The position numbers were made by a program, and so were the translations under genes. From contig JBDHZC010000001.1 in NCBI GenBank assembly GCA_039811685.1, positions 128,001-192,000 of the forward strand: a DNA stretch of 64,000 nt, in the 5' to 3' direction. This stretch comes from Armatimonadota bacterium. Lineage in GTDB: Bacteria; Armatimonadota; UBA5829; DSUL01. Positions within the stretch are counted from its first letter, which is position 1; each line of letters starts with the position of its first letter. This document shows, piece after piece, positions 48,655 through 56,134 of the stretch. Under the pieces are notes generated by a model. The model ran no database searches. It had not been told where the DNA came from and saw nothing but the letters and a program-made list of their open reading frames with translations.

Positions 48655-49419
48655 TCAGTAGTACTCAGCCATATATCGCGCGTCATCAGCATGGCAATTT
48701 GGGAAATCCCAGTGGTCGTACTTGTACTTGCCAGCAGCACCCGCCGCTCGTGAGTCCTGGAAAGTCGCGTTGTAGGGTTTCACATTGAGCGCCAGGTGCC
48801 CGTCCGCCATCACCATCACCATGACCCAGTCGTTCTGGCCTGCGGCATTGCGCTCATAATGGTGCCGGCTGTGACGGTCGCTGACGATGTAGAAGCGATT
48901 CGGATAAGTGCACTGGTCAAACTTCTTGATCATATAGCGCTTGCCGGGAGCGTAGCTAAAATTGAGCTGCTCGTTGAACCGGTAGTCTACTTCGACGCGC
49001 CTTCCGTTCTGGTAACACAAGTTGCACGTGGGACCCGGGCATTGAAACACTTTCTGGCTCTTGATGTAAGATTCCAGGTCGCGGTAAGGACCATTTGTGG
49101 TCAGCCAGGCCGAATTGACACTGTTCACATTCGGGTTGCCGTTACCATAGAGGTCCACAACACGTGGCGCAAAGCCGTTGTGATCGTTGGTGTACATGAC
49201 CACAGCCTTCGCGATCTGCTGAAGGTTAGATCCGCACGTGATAGTCAGCCCGCGCCTTTTCGCATTCGCGAATACAGGGAAAAGAATCGCAGCCAGGATG
49301 GCAATGATGGCGATGACGACAAGCAACTCAATGAGCGTAAACCCCCGCCGATTGCGCTGTTTAATCTGTCCACCGCGCGTCTTGCCGCTGCGCATAAAGC
49401 ACGCCGTCTCAGCTTTCAC
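48655..49419 (-). CDS. Prepilin-type DUF1559-like protein
   Basis: [39 protein letters not shown]; start GTG 49419 after AAAGGAGG (track 49524). Confidence 0.9.
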   Translation of the reverse strand: MKAETACFMRSGKTRGGQIKQRNRRGFTLIELLVVIAIIAILAAILFPVFANAKRRGLTITCGSNLQQIAKAVVMYTNDHNGFAPRVVDLYGNGNPNVNSVNSAWLTTNGPYRDLESYIKSQKVFQCPGPTCNLCYQNGRRVEVDYRFNEQLNFSYAPGKRYMIKKFDQCTYPNRFYIVSDRHSRHHYERNAAGQNDWVMVMVMADGHLALNVKPYNATFQDSRAAGAAGKYKYDHWDFPNCHADDARYMAEYY

Positions 49420-49501
49420 CGTCGTTTGCCTCCTTTGATGTGCGTGACCGATAACGCTGACACCCATGTCTATTGTGAATGGCTCTTCCGTAGCTGTCAA
49501 G

Positions 49502-51334
49502 TCAATCCAATACCTGAATATCATAACTTGACCGGACTTTCACTCGTCTCTGAATCTTTCCGCTGACGGTCGCAGTCGTGCTGATGCCTGTTACGCTCAC
49601 ACTCTTGCCAGGCGCCGGTGGAGTCCACGCAGTCAAGTCTGAGATATCAACGCGCAGTCCAGGATACCCGTAACCGTCTTTGAGAGCGCTTCCGTCGTCA
49701 ATGTACAGATAAAACGCTCCTACAATTGCCTTAACTTTCCCCCATGTTCGGATAAGCAACCCGATGTTGTTTAGACCAATTCCCGCCTGAACGCCGGGCG
49801 TAAAGGCGCCCGCGGCTTCCCCGCCCAGTCGCAAGTTCGCAAGTCCAAGAGGCTCCAACGGAGCGTGAGGGCCAATTGTCTCAACTGTCGCCGTGGACAT
49901 CTCCCGTTCTCCATTTACGGTGTTGAGAATCCCGGAAACGTTCACAACAGAGCCCACCGGCGGGCCTCCCGCGCGATTCACTTTTATTCCGCTCGACCGG
50001 TCTGTCTCCTCAATATAAAAGTAGCCGCCGAAGTTTGCCGTCACCACTTTGCTGAAGAGCATTGCTGTTGCGCCATTTGGGAGCAGTTTAGCCTCACCAA
50101 TTTTCGGCTCTGAGCCAGGAGGGCCGACCCACACAGAAACCGGTGGAGACTGTCCTGTTAACCGGTTGCTGGAAGCATCTGTCGCGATGGCGCTGATAAT
50201 ATGAATACCAGTACTGTAACCGCTCGTGTTCCAGCTAAACTCATAGGGTGCGACTGTATCTGTCCACACGAGCTGCCCATCGACTAGAAAATCGACCTTA
50301 TAGATGCCTGAGGACTCCCCAGGCGCACCGTCTGAGGCATCGGCCCTAACCAGCGCGCTCCCCTGCACGTGTGTACCGGACGACGGCGCAGTAATGGAGA
50401 CAGTTGGCGGCGTGAGATCGACTGGGTGAAGGTTCACTGTAGCGTAGACTGCGCGGTGGTCACTTCCGAAGTGAGGACTACGCGTTGGATTCGTCACAAA
50501 ACCTCCAGACTGTTTGGCGTAGGAGTCATGGTCCCACCAGATGTAGTCGAGACGCTTGCCGAACAAGTCCATCCACGTCTGCCCGTTGAACGAATTGTGC
50601 GTGCGTTGAGAGCTCGGATCACTGAACTCGAGGTTCATCTCGTTCCAGGTAGATGTGCCAGTGTCCGTATTCAGGTCCGTAGTAATCACGCGCGTGGTGC
50701 CCGGATACTGAGACATCCCGGGTGATCCCGGATCTCCATTGATAATCCACGCTTTGAGACGTACAGCTTCCTGGCGTCGCTCTTCTTCAGTGACTTCGTG
50801 CCCGTTGATGATTGCGCCGCCCCAGAGTAGCTTTCCTGAGAAGAGGCCGAGAGCTTCATTCGTCCCCTGCTTGCGGAACAGCCTGCCAGCGAACTTCAGG
50901 ACGTAGCCATTGTCAATCTGTTCGAGGATTTTTTCGCCCAGGTACCAGTTGGTCCGGCTTTCGACCATATCCGGACGCCAGAAAAAGCCGATGCCGCTGG
51001 CATTATTCACCCCCTGGCTGACACGAAAGCTGCTCCAGTCCACTCCCGTATACTGCTCCAGCAGATTTTCAATCGCTATCCGATCGCTTTCAGCTATCAA
51101 TTCCTGCATCCCGATCACAGAAATGGGTGGATTTGCGGAGCCTGGAGGATTGACACTGGCTACCCACTGCGCAAAGCGCTTTGCCGTGTCGCGTGTTACT
51201 GAAGATTTGTCCTGGTCCGTCCAACGACCGCCTTCGAAGATGTTGCACTGGCAGACGGTGAGAACATCAGAGCGCACATGAGTGCCAGCCAGCAGCAAAG
51301 CGACAAATAGTAGTACAGTCCAGGGGCGTAGCAT
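49502..51334 (-). CDS. Secreted endonuclease/exonuclease/phosphatase-fold protein + Ig-like domain + shared C-terminal module
   Basis: QCNI, IGMQE, TDLN, RLDYIW, GSDHRAV (EEP motifs); PPTVSITAP...APYEFSWNT (Big); GLNNIGLLIRTWGKV...YIDDGS. Confidence 0.85.
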   Translation of the reverse strand: MLRPWTVLLFVALLLAGTHVRSDVLTVCQCNIFEGGRWTDQDKSSVTRDTAKRFAQWVASVNPPGSANPPISVIGMQELIAESDRIAIENLLEQYTGVDWSSFRVSQGVNNASGIGFFWRPDMVESRTNWYLGEKILEQIDNGYVLKFAGRLFRKQGTNEALGLFSGKLLWGGAIINGHEVTEEERRQEAVRLKAWIINGDPGSPGMSQYPGTTRVITTDLNTDTGTSTWNEMNLEFSDPSSQRTHNSFNGQTWMDLFGKRLDYIWWDHDSYAKQSGGFVTNPTRSPHFGSDHRAVYATVNLHPVDLTPPTVSITAPSSGTHVQGSALVRADASDGAPGESSGIYKVDFLVDGQLVWTDTVAPYEFSWNTSGYSTGIHIISAIATDASSNRLTGQSPPVSVWVGPPGSEPKIGEAKLLPNGATAMLFSKVVTANFGGYFYIEETDRSSGIKVNRAGGPPVGSVVNVSGILNTVNGEREMSTATVETIGPHAPLEPLGLANLRLGGEAAGAFTPGVQAGIGLNNIGLLIRTWGKVKAIVGAFYLYIDDGSALKDGYGYPGLRVDISDLTAWTPPAPGKSVSVTGISTTATVSGKIQRRVKVRSSYDIQVLD

Positions 51335-51354
51335 AGTGAGTAAATCGTAGTAGT

Positions 51355-51389
51355 AAAAAGCGCCCGGGCCTCTACTGCAACCCGGGCGC
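51355..51389 (-). terminator. Intra-operon intrinsic terminator after the PEP-CTERM gene
   Basis: Stem GCGCCCGGG / CCCGGGCGC with AAAAA (a U-tract on the minus strand). Confidence 0.65.
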
Positions 51390-51421
51390 GACTTGGTAAT
51401 CAGTATGCTGCTAGATCAAGC

Positions 51422-52138
51422 CTAGCGACGTCGCAGAGCGCCTGCGAAACCGGCGACTCCCATGGCCAGCGCCAGCAGTGAAGTTGGCTCGGGCACGACG
51501 ACCAGATCATCAACAGCCATCCCGGCGTTGTTTCCGCCTTTGTAGATGCGGAGACTGTTTCCCTTCACGTGACCTGCGTGGAAGAAACCGAGATTCGGGG
51601 CAAACGGTGTATCATTGATCAGCAATGACCACGTCCGGCTCGAATAATCCATTACACTGGTAAACTTGTACCACTCTCCAAGTGTGTAGGAGGTTGCCGA
51701 ATTGGTCCAGGCTCCGCCGTTGTTGTAGGCTATCACGCCGCTTCGGAATCCGAACAGAGCGCTCCGTTTACTGGCGCTATTGTCCTCCTCGATGGCGAAC
51801 CACGTACCTGTGCTGTCAGTGGAGTCACCCGGCATCATCCAGACATCAATCTTCAGAATACTTGCGGTAACAGGTGCAAAACTGTGGAGCAAAGCAATGG
51901 CGACTTTGCCTCCGGCCGCCGGTTGCTGAAGTCCAAGCGCCTGAAGGCCGCTATGGACGTAAGTAGTCTGAACTGGGACTTGATCTGGCGAACCTGTCGT
52001 CTGAGTCCATCCGTCAACGCCAACTACCGGCGATCCGGCTGTATAGGCGGGCGGTTCGAACCCCGTCGAATATTGAGCTGAAGCCGGCGCAACACAAGCC
52101 GCAAGCGCCAATGCCGTCAGTACGGGAAATACCCTCAT
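51422..52138 (-). CDS. PEP-CTERM sorting-signal protein (lectin-like beta-sandwich)
   Basis: Signal peptide ending ASA; C-terminal VPEPTSLLALAMGVAGFAGALRRR; RBS AAGGAG. Confidence 0.92.
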   Translation of the reverse strand: MRVFPVLTALALAACVAPASAQYSTGFEPPAYTAGSPVVGVDGWTQTTGSPDQVPVQTTYVHSGLQALGLQQPAAGGKVAIALLHSFAPVTASILKIDVWMMPGDSTDSTGTWFAIEEDNSASKRSALFGFRSGVIAYNNGGAWTNSATSYTLGEWYKFTSVMDYSSRTWSLLINDTPFAPNLGFFHAGHVKGNSLRIYKGGNNAGMAVDDLVVVPEPTSLLALAMGVAGFAGALRRR

Positions 52139-52250
52139 CTTTTTCTCCTTCTCGTCGCACGTCTGTTCTAGCCAGACGCTGTCATCTCAAAGCCTTGTCG
52201 TAGCAAAGCTTTCGGCAGAACCACACGAAACTTTGTGGAAACCTAATAAT

Positions 52251-52306
52251 AGTGTATGCTCAGTTGGTGGCCTTGTCAACCTATTTTGTGTAACCGGTTG
52301 CATAAA
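52251..52306 (-). promoter_or_regulatory. Sigma70 promoter plus LacI-type operator in the divergent intergenic region
   Basis: Minus strand TTGACA (52274-52279)-17 bp-TACACT (52251-52256); palindrome TTTGTGTAACCGGTTGCATAAA (52285-52306). Confidence 0.7.
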
Positions 52307-52617
52307 CTGGCACATGGGCTTTAGAATTGAGTGTAAACTCGCTTTTGGCCAGGTCCAGCGTTTGCCACCGCGCCTGTTGCGTGTGGTAGACTTTTTGTAT
52401 GGGCATACGTTTTCGCTTGCTGGATATGGTTTGCTCCTTGCCCTTTGGAATCGTGTGCCACGGCAAGGGTGCGGTATTTTGCCGGCAGCGGGTCTCTGTG
52501 ACGTGACGCCATGACTGTTCCTGGAGAATGAGCAGGAAGGTGATGCCGGCGTATTCTGGGGATGGCCAGTTTTTCAGGCCAGACCAATGGGACTGCAGAT
52601 AAGGAAAGGAGGATAGC

Positions 52618-55434
52618 GTGCGCTTCCTCAGTTTTTTGGTGGCTTTTGCCTGCGTGGGTGTTCTGGCTTCACTGGCCAGCGCCCAGACTATCGATGATTT
52701 TGAGAGCGGTGATCTGAGCGCTTGGAACGTGAAGGCGCCGTACTACACAGCGCTGAGCATCTCAAGCCCTGGAGCGTCCGGATCTACCCGCGCTCTGGCG
52801 ATTACGGAGATCCCCGGTGGTCAGGGCGCCCACAGCCTCAATGCCCTGGCCCATCGAGCTTTCGAGACTCCACAGGACTGGACATCCGCTCAGACTCTGG
52901 AGATGGATGCCGATATCAGCGGCGGTGAATGGAACGGGTATTCCATCCGTCTCTACAATGACAACGGTAGCGTATTGCTACGCGGGATTCACTCTGACAG
53001 CTCGGTCAGCGGCTTCCGTACGATTCAGTTCAACCTTGCCAGTGTGCCCAGAGATCAGGTCACAGAGATCATTTTCTACGTGAACAAGACTGGGCAAAGC
53101 GCCGGACAGACGCTATCGCTCGACAACATTCGCCTCTCTGGCACTCCTGCAAGTATTCCGGCAACGCGGATACTGGAGAACTTCTCTGCGGGCGCAGCAA
53201 ACTGGACATCTGGGGGCATACCGGCATTCGTGACACTTTCATCGATCGCGGATAACTCGCCCTCAGACTCCTCTAGCCCTGCAGCCGCTCTTCAGTCTGT
53301 CCTTGCCGCCAAGTCCTCCTCAGCTCTGTTCCGTTGGGACCCACCGCAGACCATGGACTGGTACGACTACAAGACACTGGAGTTTGACGTCAAGCTGCCG
53401 ACGGGTACGACGACTGACGGATTTTCCGTCAAACTTTACAACGCCAGCACAGGTGTGCGGCTCAAGAAGTTCATCCCTCAGACGGGCTATGTCACCTGCC
53501 AGATTGACGTGAGCTCTGTGGAACGGGATCAGATTAACGAGGTACTGTTCTATGTCAACCGTATGAGCGCTTACGACCCCACGGCCGTTCCGGCCAAGCC
53601 ACAGACCCTGGTTGTTGACAACATTCGACTAACCAATAACGCCGTTCCCGCAAGCCCTAACGTGATCTTCCTTCACGATATGGACAATGGCGATCTCTCA
53701 CCCTGGGACCGTGTGTTCAACACCGCCATTTCTCTAGGGACGGACGCGGTCAGCGCTCCTTACTCTCTGGAGTCAATGTTGACCGGGACTTCATTATCGG
53801 CCTACGTGCGCGAAGATTTCCTGTACAACAACGCGCCGTCGATGGACTGGGAGGATTACAACTCACTGATCTTTGATGCGAAGGTTGTAAAAGGAGATCC
53901 GGATGCGCCGAATTATCCGGTCGGTTTCTCCGCGACCGTTGTGAATGGCGGCGTACTTGTTCCTAACGGTCCTGGCACTTCGGGTCCAGGCGGCGGGCCG
54001 CTCTGGTTCTATCCGTCCGGATATGATCAGTGGGAGACGATGTCACTGGATATCTCCAAAATGGACGTTGACCAGGTTTCCTGGATCTGGTGGTATCAGA
54101 ACCGTAGCGCCCGCAATGATTACAGTGTTACTACGGGCCAGGGACAGGTGCTCAAACTTGACAACATTCGAGTTTCGAAGGAACCGGCGCCTCCGCTTGT
54201 GACCAACGATCCGAATGTGGATGACTTTGAGGACGGTCAGATTCCGGACTGGTACTACACCAGCATGCATACCGACGGGCAGACGGGAGAAGTCCGCAGG
54301 GGTGTCACTACAGAGTTGACCACAGATGCCGCTTCTGGCCACTATGCCCTTACCATGACCTGTAACACGCCGCCTGGAAGCTCATCGGCTTATGGACGGA
54401 AGACAATGCAGGCAAACTGGAGCAGCTACAAAACGCTGATCTTTGATGCCAAAGTGGCAGCCTCTAACACCAGCGAGGGCTTCAGCGTCACGCTGCGCTC
54501 CTTTACGAATTACGCCCCTAAGCACGAGTTCCGTCCGACGAATCAGTGGCAGACATTCCAGATAGATATCTCCAACGACAAAGCCGGCACAACCGATGCG
54601 CGCGCGGAGGTCATAGGGCTGCTCTTCTACGTCAACGGACCGGACAGCTACGGCATTTCACAGAATGGCGCTCAGAAGCTGTATCTTGACAATATCCGTC
54701 TGAGCACCCAGGCGATGCAGACCAACTTCGACACCATTGGTGAGGCTAAGGCAGTAGCCGACGGTCAGGTGGTGAATCTAAGTGGCAAAGTGAGCTCTGG
54801 CAGCTTTAGCAGTATCTTCCCTGACAAAGCAGCCGCCAGCAATCTGCGTCCAGTGTTCTTCCTGATTGAGCCGGATCGCAGCTCCGCGCTTCCTGTAGTC
54901 ATTGGAACTGCCGCCGGACTTCCTTCTGACGTCCCGGAAGGCAATATTGTGGACGTCAGTGGTGTACTGTCCACGAGCTTTGGTGTACGCTATCTTTACG
55001 CAACAGCCATCACTATCAAAGGCAGCGGCGCAGCCATACCGGACCCGCTCGGCATGGTTAACAAAGCCGTAGGAAGCGGGCCTGTCGCGCTGGACCAGGG
55101 TGTTCCGGACTTCTTCGGTCTTGAGACACAGGGACATCTGGTTGAAGTGACGGGCAAAGTACTGTCTGTCGGCTCTGACGGCGTCAGCAAGTACTGGATG
55201 TACATCGACGACGGCTCCGGAGTGACAGCGGATAACGGAGGTGTCGGAGTCAAGGTGTACGACTGGAGCGGTACAAAGGCTACGCAGGCTAACGTCGGGC
55301 GCTTCGCGACTGTGACGGGCTTTGTTATGAACGATCCTGAGATCGACCCGCAGACTTCAAAGCCGACAGGGAAGGCTATCAGAGCCATCTGGCCAAAGAA
55401 GGAGTTGGTCAACCCCATTCAGATAGTCAACTGA
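52618..55434 (+). CDS. Secreted protein with four tandem CBM-like beta-sandwich domains + shared C-terminal module
   Basis: Signal peptide; repeats run from DDFExG through (D)WxxYxTLxFD to LxLDNIR; C-terminal TIGEAK...YIDDGSG; RBS AAGGAGG. Confidence 0.82.
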   Translation: MRFLSFLVAFACVGVLASLASAQTIDDFESGDLSAWNVKAPYYTALSISSPGASGSTRALAITEIPGGQGAHSLNALAHRAFETPQDWTSAQTLEMDADISGGEWNGYSIRLYNDNGSVLLRGIHSDSSVSGFRTIQFNLASVPRDQVTEIIFYVNKTGQSAGQTLSLDNIRLSGTPASIPATRILENFSAGAANWTSGGIPAFVTLSSIADNSPSDSSSPAAALQSVLAAKSSSALFRWDPPQTMDWYDYKTLEFDVKLPTGTTTDGFSVKLYNASTGVRLKKFIPQTGYVTCQIDVSSVERDQINEVLFYVNRMSAYDPTAVPAKPQTLVVDNIRLTNNAVPASPNVIFLHDMDNGDLSPWDRVFNTAISLGTDAVSAPYSLESMLTGTSLSAYVREDFLYNNAPSMDWEDYNSLIFDAKVVKGDPDAPNYPVGFSATVVNGGVLVPNGPGTSGPGGGPLWFYPSGYDQWETMSLDISKMDVDQVSWIWWYQNRSARNDYSVTTGQGQVLKLDNIRVSKEPAPPLVTNDPNVDDFEDGQIPDWYYTSMHTDGQTGEVRRGVTTELTTDAASGHYALTMTCNTPPGSSSAYGRKTMQANWSSYKTLIFDAKVAASNTSEGFSVTLRSFTNYAPKHEFRPTNQWQTFQIDISNDKAGTTDARAEVIGLLFYVNGPDSYGISQNGAQKLYLDNIRLSTQAMQTNFDTIGEAKAVADGQVVNLSGKVSSGSFSSIFPDKAAASNLRPVFFLIEPDRSSALPVVIGTAAGLPSDVPEGNIVDVSGVLSTSFGVRYLYATAITIKGSGAAIPDPLGMVNKAVGSGPVALDQGVPDFFGLETQGHLVEVTGKVLSVGSDGVSKYWMYIDDGSGVTADNGGVGVKVYDWSGTKATQANVGRFATVTGFVMNDPEIDPQTSKPTGKAIRAIWPKKELVNPIQIVN

Positions 55435-55458
55435 CACTCTCCCGCCAGTAATATGCTC

Positions 55459-55495
55459 GAGGCCCTCACGCTATCAGGGGTGGGGGCCTCTTTTT
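55459..55495 (+). terminator. Intrinsic terminator
   Basis: GAGGCCCTCAC / GTGGGGGCCTC stem followed by TTTTT. Confidence 0.8.
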
Positions 55496-55522
55496 AGGTC
55501 CTGAACTCAGGCTCAGCCTGGC

Positions 55523-56125
55523 TCAGTGTAGATGACAGGTATCATTGAGGACTTTGAGCGTTGGCTGTTCGCCCAGCTCCACGTTGGAGAGACTCGCGTT
55601 GGCCACGTGAATGCTCAGATAGGCGTGCACAGGCAACTGCAGCGCCGAGCAGATCACTCCGCTGATTGATCCAATGTGCCCGACGGCTATAACTGTCTCC
55701 GAAGGTCTGTGATTGCGGTGTAGCTCAGCGAGGAAGCGTCCACAGCGAAGAATGACATCTTCAAAGCGCTCTGCGCCGGGTGGCCGGTGCTCAATCGGAT
55801 TGCCTCTCCAAAGCGCGTATTCACTCGGATAGGCGCGTTTGAACTCATCATCCGTCAAGCCTTGTGCCTCGCCCAGGTGGCATTCACGCAGTAGCGGACT
55901 CAGCTTTACTTCAAGTCCGTGGTGGCCCGCAATTGGCGCGGCGGTGTTTCGAGCGCGCTCCAGATCGCTGCTGTAAACCGCGCAGACTGGTTCAGCGGCC
56001 AGACGCACTGCGACAGCGCGCGCCTGTTGATGTCCAAGCGGCGTTAGTGGCGAGTCAATCTGGCCCTGGATGAAGCCTGCAATGTTGGACTCACACTGCC
56101 CATGCCGCACGAGATAAAGGGTCAC
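55523..56125 (-). CDS. Histidine phosphatase (phosphoglycerate mutase-like)
   Basis: LVRHGQ, YSSDLERA, LRE, VGH, LNDTCHL. Confidence 0.92.
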   Translation of the reverse strand: MTLYLVRHGQCESNIAGFIQGQIDSPLTPLGHQQARAVAVRLAAEPVCAVYSSDLERARNTAAPIAGHHGLEVKLSPLLRECHLGEAQGLTDDEFKRAYPSEYALWRGNPIEHRPPGAERFEDVILRCGRFLAELHRNHRPSETVIAVGHIGSISGVICSALQLPVHAYLSIHVANASLSNVELGEQPTLKVLNDTCHLH

Positions 56126-56134
56126 AGCCTCGTA

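Noticed and set aside
48460..48788. ORFs with heptapeptide repeats (YLGSKPD / LPRVETR)
   Set aside because: These are by-products of the 21-bp DNA repeat. They lack an RBS, overlap the DUF1559 gene antisense, and one also spans a terminator.
50157..50170. Second LacI-like palindrome (GTTAACCGGTTGC)
   Set aside because: It lies deep inside a CDS, far from any promoter, and is a weaker match.
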